Shown piece by piece: positions 26,598 through 34,539 of a stretch of 37,219 nt of DNA. The notes under the pieces are model-generated. The model saw nothing but the letters and a program-made list of their open reading frames with translations. It did not search any database and was not told the origin of the DNA. Origin of the DNA: Chloroflexia bacterium (GTDB lineage Bacteria; Chloroflexota; Chloroflexia; QHBQ01; JADMIH01); the NCBI GenBank assembly GCA_038246925.1, contig JBBRVL010000003.1, positions 1-37,219 on the forward strand, in the 5' to 3' direction. Each line of letters begins with the position of its first letter. Within the stretch, counting starts at the first letter, position 1. A program made the position numbers and the translations under genes.

Positions 26598-27359
26598 TTA
26601 GGGCGCTATGTGAAGCGTTTCTGGTAACTCAATCCTCTGTAGAGGGTCGAACACTGGTATGCCTTCAGCTCCAATCTTCTCAGGCATGTTGCCATAACTA
26701 ATGCTGATGATCGCCCCCTCTCGTAATATTGTGCGGTCGGTTACTATGGCAATGATTCCTTCTCCTTGACCGTCTGGTGCCCCCACACCTATTGATGCAT
26801 TATCAATCCAGACGTGCCATCCTAAGGCACCCACCTCTGAAGATCCTAGTTGCCCTGTAACTACAAAACGCCACACTTTATCTACAGTGATATTTCTTCC
26901 TACTGCTTCAAAATTTGTGGGACCAGGGAGCGTAACCTCTTCTACATAGTAGCTTGTTGGGCCATTTGTACCAACTGGAGTAGCATTGGTACCCTGAGCG
27001 ATGATAGTACCCGGCTCCTGGTACAATAGGTGGAATAAATAATCTACTCTCTGTTGCGCTGCTATTTCTGTAGGGTCAGGGGTCGGACCTGGTACCCACG
27101 ATATAGTGGGATGTACTATGATCGACGGACTGATTTCAGGTATTCCGGTAGCAGTTGGGGATGGTCCAGCATTGGAAGGGGTAGGGGTGCCATTTACAGG
27201 CGTCGGGGGTGTTGGCTGAGGTGTCATAGGTGTTGGTGACCCTTGCGCTTGTCCCAGGTTCGTCTTGGGAGAATTCGCCGAGAAAGAGAGCGCCAGAGCT
27301 ACACCGACCAGCAACAGCAACAACATACCCATGATGGGATTAAGTCTTGCAGTGTTCAT
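26598..27359 (-). CDS. Secreted/membrane-anchored hypothetical protein, paralog A
   Basis: GGAGGTG RBS; first 49 aa differ from paralog B at only 4 positions; shared GTxIAQGTNxTPV, VEEVTL, WxxWID, DRxxLREGA, LPETLH. Confidence 0.85.
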   Translation of the reverse strand: MNTARLNPIMGMLLLLLVGVALALSFSANSPKTNLGQAQGSPTPMTPQPTPPTPVNGTPTPSNAGPSPTATGIPEISPSIIVHPTISWVPGPTPDPTEIAAQQRVDYLFHLLYQEPGTIIAQGTNATPVGTNGPTSYYVEEVTLPGPTNFEAVGRNITVDKVWRFVVTGQLGSSEVGALGWHVWIDNASIGVGAPDGQGEGIIAIVTDRTILREGAIISISYGNMPEKIGAEGIPVFDPLQRIELPETLHIAP

Positions 27360-27522
27360 ATTTCACCTCCTGGGAAGGTGTAAAAGCGACCTGACAATAC
27401 GTTAGAGGATGGCTGAACTGGCGACACCAGACTGTCAGAAACTGGGATAAGGTTTACGAGGGGAATTTAGTAGAAATGTAGAAGTAGAATCGGGAGAGAA
27501 CCTTATAGCGGCTGTAGTGGTG

Positions 27523-27551
27523 ATTATAGCCCTACTTACGGCTTGTGGCAA
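27523..27551 (-). promoter_or_regulatory. Sigma70-type promoter upstream of the paralog pair
   Basis: TTGCCA-N17-TATAAT on the minus strand. Confidence 0.55.
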
Positions 27552-27699
27552 TACTATATTTGTGCGTATAGAGAGCAGATTATGGCAAACAAATATACCT
27601 CATCCCTAATCTCCGGGGGTGCCTTATGAATACGTCTAACTCGCTCAAAGCATGCGCCAATCTAGTTAGCACAATCCCACATAGGTTATAACTAACACC

Positions 27700-27725
27700 G
27701 GGCGGACACACGGGTCCGCCCCTAC
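27700..27725 (-). repeat. GTAG-family REP palindrome
   Basis: GGGCGGACACACGGGTCCGCCCCTAC, one mismatch from 16660-16685. Confidence 0.85.
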
Positions 27726-27755
27726 AAATCACCAGTCAGCACCCAATAGCCCCGC

Positions 27756-28682
27756 ATGACAACACGCGTTCTCACCCACACCGACCGTCCTGCGCTTGAA
27801 GCGCTTCTTTTGCGCGAGCCTGCCCATAATGTCTTCCATTTGAGCGCCCTGGCGGATACTGGGCTGGAAGCGCCTGAAGAGCATGGCGGCTCGTGGGCAA
27901 TCGGCGTCTTCAGGGAAGAGAAGTTCGTGGGCGCTCTCTCGGTGCTTCGTGGCACAGGCGGTATCTACCACACTCCGGGCGACATTGAGACGCTCCAAGC
28001 CCTTGCAGATATTGTTGAAGTGCGTGGCAACACAGGCATGTTGAGCCTCGTCAGTGGGCACGCAGCTCAAATCGACCCTTTATTGCGTCTGGTTCGTGGT
28101 GTTGATACCCGCTTGGTAGACCGTTGCCACTTCTATATACTTGAGCCGCAAGACTTCTCAATACCACTGGCGCATGAGCAATACTTATCTAGAACAGCGA
28201 CCGAGGCCGACATCGAGCGCCTGATAGACTTCTACAGCGTGGGGTTCTACTCTCTGGCGAGGCTACCGTCGCGTGCTGCCTGGTTGAGCCGCCTTACCGA
28301 GCAGATTGCATTACGAACGCTCTTCATGGTCGAAGACGACGGCAAGGTTGTGTCGGCGGCGCTTTCGAGTGCCGAGGCCGGAGGGGTTAACGGCCCGTCA
28401 GTTGCGATGCTCGGCGGCGTGGCGACCCTCCACTCCTACAGGGTAAGAGGTCTATCGACGTTGTGTGTCGGCGGGCTGTGCGCTCATCTATTCGAGAAGG
28501 GGATCAAGCAGATAGGCCTTTTCTACCTGAAGGACAACATCTCAGCGGGCCGTGTCTACGATAAGTTAGGCTTCAAGCCTGGCGGGGAATGGCTTCTCGC
28601 TCCGGTGGGGTTGGGCGTTTCGTTCGCGCCGCTCATGCTAAGTGGTGAGGGATCAGGGATCAGGGATCAGGGATTAGGATAA
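27756..28682 (+). CDS. GNAT family N-acetyltransferase (two-domain)
   Basis: MLGGVATLHSYRVRGLS (acetyl-CoA motif A) and NISAGRVYDKLGF (motif B). Last residues GSGIRDQGLG derive from a heptamer array. Confidence 0.9.
   Translation: MTTRVLTHTDRPALEALLLREPAHNVFHLSALADTGLEAPEEHGGSWAIGVFREEKFVGALSVLRGTGGIYHTPGDIETLQALADIVEVRGNTGMLSLVSGHAAQIDPLLRLVRGVDTRLVDRCHFYILEPQDFSIPLAHEQYLSRTATEADIERLIDFYSVGFYSLARLPSRAAWLSRLTEQIALRTLFMVEDDGKVVSAALSSAEAGGVNGPSVAMLGGVATLHSYRVRGLSTLCVGGLCAHLFEKGIKQIGLFYLKDNISAGRVYDKLGFKPGGEWLLAPVGLGVSFAPLMLSGEGSGIRDQGLG
28648..28680. repeat. Heptamer tandem repeat (AGGGATC/T) x about 4.5 within the GNAT 3' end
   Basis: AGGGATC x3, AGGGATT, AGGAT. Confidence 0.85.
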
Positions 28683-28703
28683 TATTTTATACGCGCGGGA
28701 ACG

Positions 28704-28729
28704 GATCCTTCACTTCGTTCAGAATGACA
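28704..28729 (+). repeat. Degenerate REP-like element of the GATCCTTCGCTTCGCTCAGGATGACA type
   Basis: GATCCTTCACTTCGTTCAGAATGACA. Single copy in the window, recognised from memory of a widespread intergenic repeat. Confidence 0.5.
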
Positions 28730-28762
28730 AGGGGTATAGGGTTTGTGTCTCTTCAGGTTTCT

Positions 28763-28801
28763 ACTCACCACTCACCACTCACCACTCACTACTCACCACT
28801 C
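28763..28801. repeat. Heptamer tandem repeat (ACTCACC) x about 5.5
   Basis: Immediately after the lepB stop codon. Confidence 0.9.
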
Positions 28802-28802
28802 G

Positions 28803-29552
28803 CTAAGGCTTCTCTATCTCCGCGTAGGTTGGGTGGGGTAGAAGTCCCCACTCGCTTTGCGGCCAATACGATACAAAGGCCGTACCTATGATGCGCTCGA
28901 CGTTCAATGGCCCCTTGATATGGGAGTCGCTTGAGTTCCGCCTATTATCGCCAAGCACGAATATCTCATTAGGGCCGATCAAGGTCGGTGGGTAGTCGTA
29001 ATCCGGACGCTGCCGGATGTATGGCTCATTCAATTTAACACCATCAACATAAACCCCGCATTCACCGCAATCTCGTTTTGGGTCGCCCACCGGGTCCGCG
29101 TCCTTCTTTACTTCTACCGTCTCGCCCTCAACAGCTATCACCCGCTTGATGAAGTCACGCGGCTCGTCCCATGCCTCGAAGACCACTATGTCCCCGCGCT
29201 GAGGGCCGTGAAATAAATAGCGCATATCTGTCGGGGTTTCAGGACTGGAGACATGCTCCAGGAAGTTAGCGTCATACCGGAAGTAGAGGCCCTTGTTCAC
29301 CAGAAGGTACTGCTCACTATGCAGCGACGGCAGCATACTATCTCCCTCTACCTTGAAGTTTTGCACCACCGCGCGCACCACGAAGAATATCAGCAGCGTC
29401 AGCAATATTGTTTCCGCAACTTCACGCACCACGTTCGGGCGCGAGCCGCTGCTGTAAGACCCTTCCCCTCCTTGTTCACCATCATCGTCATAATCGCCCA
29501 AGTAAGGCGTTGGAGGTGTCGTGTGCCAGTAATTATCTTTCTCTACGCGCAT
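28803..29552 (-). CDS. lepB: Signal peptidase I
   Basis: TM, VEGDSMLPSL (catalytic Ser), RGDIVVF, FIKRVIA (catalytic Lys), GDNRRNSSDS. Confidence 0.95.
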   Translation of the reverse strand: MRVEKDNYWHTTPPTPYLGDYDDDGEQGGEGSYSSGSRPNVVREVAETILLTLLIFFVVRAVVQNFKVEGDSMLPSLHSEQYLLVNKGLYFRYDANFLEHVSSPETPTDMRYLFHGPQRGDIVVFEAWDEPRDFIKRVIAVEGETVEVKKDADPVGDPKRDCGECGVYVDGVKLNEPYIRQRPDYDYPPTLIGPNEIFVLGDNRRNSSDSHIKGPLNVERIIGTAFVSYWPQSEWGLLPHPTYAEIEKP

Positions 29553-29798
29553 TTATCTCTCTTTTGTGTTCAAACTTCTCTATGCCGCATTCGCACCACG
29601 GCTCCCCACCTGTAATTATAACGCAACAATCGGGCCATTGTACATGGAATGGTGAATTATGAATTGACGCTTCCCTCCGAGTTATACGTCCTAAACCCAA
29701 TTATCGATGTTGTTATCTTATCCTTTCGGGTAATAATAGAATGTAATTGGGGACAAAGCACTTCCATTATTAGTACTTATGTTCTATAATAACGCTTA

Positions 29799-30158
29799 TT
29801 GGAACATCTCAAGCGCCAGACTGGGCGCGGAAGGGATGGGACAGGCTTGGCAAACGATCCTATTGATGGGCTGCCCGAGCCATCGGTGGCAAAACAAGAT
29901 ACCACTAATTGGGCGATGCGGCTCAAGGCGGCTATGAGCCAAACTCGCCTCGACCGCCTCACCCCGCGCGAGCTTGAGGTATTAGCACTCGTTGCCCAGG
30001 GTAAAAGCAATAAGGAAATAGCCAGAGCCCTCTATATCACCGCCAACACCTCAAAGGCCCACATCCACAGCATCCTTCATAAGCTCGGTTTCGAGAGTCG
30101 AACGGAAGCTGCGGTGCTATGGACCCGCATCAATGGAATTATGAGTTATGAGTTTTGA
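29799..30158 (+). CDS. Small LuxR/GerE-type HTH transcriptional regulator without a receiver domain (start uncertain)
   Basis: LTPRELEVLALVAQGKSNKEIARALYITANTSKAHIHSILHKLGFESRTEAA. Confidence 0.88.
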   Translation: MEHLKRQTGRGRDGTGLANDPIDGLPEPSVAKQDTTNWAMRLKAAMSQTRLDRLTPRELEVLALVAQGKSNKEIARALYITANTSKAHIHSILHKLGFESRTEAAVLWTRINGIMSYEF

Positions 30159-30171
30159 ATTGAAGTTTCTC

Positions 30172-30225
30172 ACTAGACCGGTAACACTTCCTTATTCAAA
30201 ACTAGACCGATAAGACTTCCTTATT
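30172..30225. repeat. 25-bp direct repeat, 29-bp period
   Basis: ACTAGACCGGTAACACTTCCTTATT (30172-30196) and ACTAGACCGATAAGACTTCCTTATT (30201-30225), 2 mismatches. Confidence 0.85.
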
Positions 30226-30262
30226 TCCTAATTCCAGAAGGCGAAGTACTACTTGCATAATA

Positions 30263-30291
30263 CTGATTGGTTATGACTTTCAGCCAATCAG
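30263..30291. promoter_or_regulatory. Candidate operator (inverted repeat) upstream of the Tad cassette
   Basis: CTGATTGGTT-N9-AGCCAATCAG (9/10 symmetric), with a further ATTGGCTGA half-site at 30343-30351. Confidence 0.4.
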
Positions 30292-30505
30292 GGCAGTACC
30301 TAGTTCCCATTTTCCATTCCTCCTCTCATACCCATAATTAACATTGGCTGAGTGAATCCTCGGAATGGCTCTTGTGTTCCTGGCTTGCCGCCCACAACGA
30401 CGTCTCTCCGAGCTTTCCCGCCTTGTATATCACTAATACGAGTCGTTAGTTATTAGCGCACACAACCCGCACTAATAACCAATAACTCCCCGAAGGGGAA
30501 CGATT

Positions 30506-31915
30506 ATGAAACAGATAATAAGAACGGTAAAACTTTCATATCATACCGGTCTGAATAGGGCCAAGTCCAAGAACCCTTCCGTATCTTACCTGGGTCGGGT
30601 AAGGGTTCCAGATTCCCCAAGGCGCCGTACCCTGGGCCAGAGCATCGTTGAATTTGCCATCACAGCCCCTTTCCTATTTCTCATCCTCTTCGCCATTATC
30701 GACACCGCACGCCTCATTCAGGCCCAGGTTACAGTCAACAACGCAGCTCGCCAGGCCGTTCGCTTTGCCATCACCGGTGAGCAAAAGCCCGACCTCGTCA
30801 ATGGCGGTTATAAACCTCGTAGAGTTTCCATCAGAGAGACCGCCGATCAAGGCCTGACCGGCCTCGTCGTCTCCAATACGATCTTCCCCGACGAACTTGG
30901 CTGGCATGCAACCGACATCAACCCCAGGGACGGCGGCGCACCCCGCGGCATCATCTTTGTGACCGTCTATTATAACGTCGAAATGCTCACCCCCCTCATC
31001 AGCTCCCTCTGGCCCCGCGTTATGGTGCACGGTTCAGATAAGGGAATCAACGAGGAATGGGGCGCTGTACAGTCCTTCGACCGTGCCAACCTGCCTCCCA
31101 ATCCACCGCCCCTACCCACCTGGACCCCCGTCCCTACCCGTACCCCTACCCCGCCGCCTACCAACACGCCCACTATCACCATGACACCCACTCGTACTAA
31201 CACTCCTCTCCCAACCACCACCGGCACCGTTACTATCACCATGACTCCAACCAGGACAGGCACGCCTACCAGGACAGGCACGCCTACCAGGACCTCTACC
31301 ATAACCATGACCCCTACCATAACCATGACCCCTACCAGGACAGGCACACCCACAAGGACTGGTACTCCCACCAGGACCCCTACTATCACCATGACACCCA
31401 CAAAGACCAGCACACCCACAAGGACGGCTACCGTCACTCTAACACCGCCGCCCACTAATACCCCGACCAAGACGTCCACGCCCACCAATACCCCCACGCC
31501 GCTGCCGACGAATACGCCGACCAGGACCTCTACCAGCACTCCTACGCCTTCGCCAACGGCTACAGGTCGGATGTACATATCGGAGTTCCAGGCCAGAATA
31601 GAGACCGATAACGACGAGGGCGATTACCGCAAGCTTGATGTCCGCGCTAGAGTCCGTGATGTCAATACCGGCGCTGCCATCAGCGACGCCACTGTCGACG
31701 CTTACATTGTGAGGTCCGGCGGTATGCAGATACTCTGGCAGGGTGTCCTTCCTCCCATCCCTACCTCACCCGGCCGTTATCTCGTCTGTAATGTCGGTTC
31801 GTTCGCCCTTAGCACAGGCTCCTATACAGTCTTTATCGTCGTCACTCACCCGCTCTATGCTACCGTTAGCTCTTCCATGACGCCGACCCAGGGAGACGCA
31901 TCCGGTTGTCAGTAG
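30506..31915 (+). CDS. tadE: TadE-family pseudopilin with a long Thr/Pro repeat stalk and a C-terminal globular domain
   Basis: RRRTLG|[22 protein letters not shown]...[11 protein letters not shown]; about 150 aa of TPT repeats. Confidence 0.88.
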   Translation: MKQIIRTVKLSYHTGLNRAKSKNPSVSYLGRVRVPDSPRRRTLGQSIVEFAITAPFLFLILFAIIDTARLIQAQVTVNNAARQAVRFAITGEQKPDLVNGGYKPRRVSIRETADQGLTGLVVSNTIFPDELGWHATDINPRDGGAPRGIIFVTVYYNVEMLTPLISSLWPRVMVHGSDKGINEEWGAVQSFDRANLPPNPPPLPTWTPVPTRTPTPPPTNTPTITMTPTRTNTPLPTTTGTVTITMTPTRTGTPTRTGTPTRTSTITMTPTITMTPTRTGTPTRTGTPTRTPTITMTPTKTSTPTRTATVTLTPPPTNTPTKTSTPTNTPTPLPTNTPTRTSTSTPTPSPTATGRMYISEFQARIETDNDEGDYRKLDVRARVRDVNTGAAISDATVDAYIVRSGGMQILWQGVLPPIPTSPGRYLVCNVGSFALSTGSYTVFIVVTHPLYATVSSSMTPTQGDASGCQ

Positions 31916-31917
31916 CC

Positions 31918-31947
31918 GTAGGGGCGCATGTGGTCCATATGCGCCCC
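31918..31947 (+). repeat. GTAG-type REP palindrome between the tadE genes
   Basis: GTAGGGGCGCATGTGGTCCATATGCGCCCC. Confidence 0.75.
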
Positions 31948-31975
31948 ATCTATAAATAGTAAAAGGTAAAGAACT

Positions 31976-32566
31976 ATGAAACAATCCATAATACAAAACC
32001 CAGACACCCGCAAACAGGTACCCGAAACCAAAAAGCGGAGGGGCCAGAGCGTAGTCGAGATGGCCCTCATACTCCCCCTACTTGTACTATTGCTTGCTAT
32101 TATTATTGACGCCGGGCTTGCCATAAGTGCCTGGCTCAGAGTTACTTCTGCAGCCCGCGACGCAACCCGCTTCACCATGGACGCCGGTCGCCCCGCTGAT
32201 ACAGCCAGCCTTGTGCTCAATAAACTGGCAGGCATCGAGTTTGGAACGAGTGGCACTTACACCCTGAGCACAGAGATCAATATCTACGTCATTACAGGCA
32301 CAACCAACTCCACGGGCGCTATCAGCGTATGGGCCCCAACACATATTTACGGCGCAGCACCCTCTAACGACCCCAATTACCCCAGGGTACAGCGCTCTGT
32401 TATACAGCAGCGCCTGGCAAGCGTTGGGCCTGAGCCAAACAGAAATATGCCTTTCACAATTGTGGAAGTCGATTACAACTATACGCCCATCATAGCCAGC
32501 CTCATTGCCCCGTATACAAGGCTGCCCATGACCGGTTTTGCCATTGTCCACCAATACGATTATTAA
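31976..32566 (+). CDS. tadE: TadE-family pseudopilin
   Basis: KRRG|QSVVEMALILPLLVLLLAIIIDAG...SAARDATRF; C-terminal VEVDYNYTPI. Confidence 0.9.
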   Translation: MKQSIIQNPDTRKQVPETKKRRGQSVVEMALILPLLVLLLAIIIDAGLAISAWLRVTSAARDATRFTMDAGRPADTASLVLNKLAGIEFGTSGTYTLSTEINIYVITGTTNSTGAISVWAPTHIYGAAPSNDPNYPRVQRSVIQQRLASVGPEPNRNMPFTIVEVDYNYTPIIASLIAPYTRLPMTGFAIVHQYDY

Positions 32567-32601
32567 CTGCCTCCTCAAGCGTAATCAACAGACTCTATAA
32601 A

Positions 32602-34527
32602 GTGAGAAAAGCCATGCCAGTGAAGAACAAAACTATTGTCGACCAGTCCAACTCACAACCTGAGACCACCCGGCAACGCGCAAGGTCTAAGGGCCAGGCC
32701 CTGCTGATCGTCGCCTTGATGATGAGCTTGCTCGTAATGTTTGTCGGCCTCGCTGTTGATGTCGGTAACCTGATGGGCAAACGTGCCAAATTGCAAAGCG
32801 CAGTCGATGTGTCAGCGCTCTCGGCGGCCCAGATGCTTGTCGCAAGTATACCTGTATCCGCCACGGTCAAAGCCGACCAGATGATGGAAACGAACGGCAT
32901 ACCAGCTGCACGGAGTGTCACGCAGGTAGAATACCCCGCGCCCAACCAGGTACTGGTCAGGGCTACATGGGATGTAGATACGTTCTTCATGCGCATAGTC
33001 CCCGCATGGCGTACCGTCAGGATAAGCGCCGAGGCTACTGTCGACATCAACTCCTATGCGGAGATGAATACCAAGCCATTTGGATATCCCGGCGTGGTCT
33101 CCGAGCTTAACCTCATGGTGTGGGGTGTCGACAGCTGGAGGAGGGGCGGTGACGCTTTCTCCCCGCGCTTTGATGGGAACAATGGAGGCGTGGGCATCAC
33201 AAATCCACTGTATGTTCAGCAGCCCTATGGTTACCTGTACAGGATAGACGTGCCCGCAAACTACACTAACGACTTTGTCACGGTAGAGATTTGGGATCCC
33301 GATTCCTACAACAAACCGGCCAGCGAAACACCACCAGCCTTCCCAACTCCACAACCACCCTGTTCTCCTCCATGCGTACCTCCACCCACGCCCACATTCA
33401 CCGCTGACATGTACGCACGTTGTGGCGATCCCAATTATAGGCCGGCTTCCGCCGGCGCTTGCACCAGCAATGCTTCAGCGGCCGACCCCGGCATGCACCT
33501 CCTGGCCTACCCCAACCAGCGGGATGTAAGGAACCGAACTGCCTTCTGGCGGGCCGATGAGTACAGAACTCCATATAACGACCCGTGCGGGATTTGTGGT
33601 CAGTATCAAAGTCCTCCCTCCACCAATGCTACGCAGACGCGATTCAGGATCTACCACTTCAACCCTCGCATCACCAGCGCTTTTGGTGACCCCGCAGTCC
33701 TTTCCGATTACACCAGCGGGGGCAATCCATATATCGCCGAATATATAGTTCGAGACGATGCCACTAAAGACCTTAGATGGTATCAACCGCCCGGTTTCAG
33801 CGTGCGGCTGAGGGGCGGAGGCTGTACCGGCGATAACGGTGATTGCTTTGAGCGCGAGCCTTCACCAACCGGCGGTTGGTACTTCTATCTCTACGTAAAG
33901 GGCATCGCCGGCTCAAGCGAGAACAACATGGACCTGCGCGTCGGCCCGCCTCAGACGGTAAGCTGCTCCAACCCGGCACAAAGGTGGTGCTACGTAAACA
34001 CGCTTTACTTTGACCAGTGCGGCGTCCCATGTAGATCGACGGGCACCGCGTGGCCTGACTGGAACGACGGCGGCGCGAGGATATTTGCCAAGCGTGCTTT
34101 GCCCCTCAACCTTGATACAGGTGATAGCTTTCCTCTGACGCTTGCCCAGATCAGCAAGAATGCCGCAGGTCAGAACCTCGGCATACGACACTTCGATCAG
34201 GATGATAACGGCGGAGTTGGCAGTCCTATGACCTACCAGATGCAGCTTTGTAATCCACCACCGGCCTGCGTCAGTCTGCTAGATCTAGCGTGCTGGGGTG
34301 ATGTTGCTACCGGGAATGTAGGACCAAACAACGGTTGGAGTTCGCCCGGTTATCCAGACCCCGACCGGGTTCGCATCCCGCTGGAAGGCACAGCCCAGTA
34401 TACGCTCTTCTTTGGGGCCTCGGGACAGTGTCCATCTTCCTGGTTGCGTATCAAGGCTAATCCGTCATACTCAGGCGACTCAACCGTTTGGGAGATGCCG
34501 TTCATCCGTCCACGCTTAATCAAATAA
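32602..34527 (+). CDS. tadG: TadG-like protein (Tad N-terminal domain) with a large Cys-rich extracellular domain
   Basis: RSKG|QALLIVALMMSLLVMFVGLAVDVG...LQSAVDVSALSAA; VDTFFMRI; many Cys in the C-terminal two-thirds. Confidence 0.82.
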   Translation: MRKAMPVKNKTIVDQSNSQPETTRQRARSKGQALLIVALMMSLLVMFVGLAVDVGNLMGKRAKLQSAVDVSALSAAQMLVASIPVSATVKADQMMETNGIPAARSVTQVEYPAPNQVLVRATWDVDTFFMRIVPAWRTVRISAEATVDINSYAEMNTKPFGYPGVVSELNLMVWGVDSWRRGGDAFSPRFDGNNGGVGITNPLYVQQPYGYLYRIDVPANYTNDFVTVEIWDPDSYNKPASETPPAFPTPQPPCSPPCVPPPTPTFTADMYARCGDPNYRPASAGACTSNASAADPGMHLLAYPNQRDVRNRTAFWRADEYRTPYNDPCGICGQYQSPPSTNATQTRFRIYHFNPRITSAFGDPAVLSDYTSGGNPYIAEYIVRDDATKDLRWYQPPGFSVRLRGGGCTGDNGDCFEREPSPTGGWYFYLYVKGIAGSSENNMDLRVGPPQTVSCSNPAQRWCYVNTLYFDQCGVPCRSTGTAWPDWNDGGARIFAKRALPLNLDTGDSFPLTLAQISKNAAGQNLGIRHFDQDDNGGVGSPMTYQMQLCNPPPACVSLLDLACWGDVATGNVGPNNGWSSPGYPDPDRVRIPLEGTAQYTLFFGASGQCPSSWLRIKANPSYSGDSTVWEMPFIRPRLIK

Positions 34528-34539
34528 TAATACTCTAGC

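Noticed and set aside
30970-31578. 202-aa Val/Gly-rich ORF
   Set aside because: Antisense shadow of the Thr/Pro repeat.
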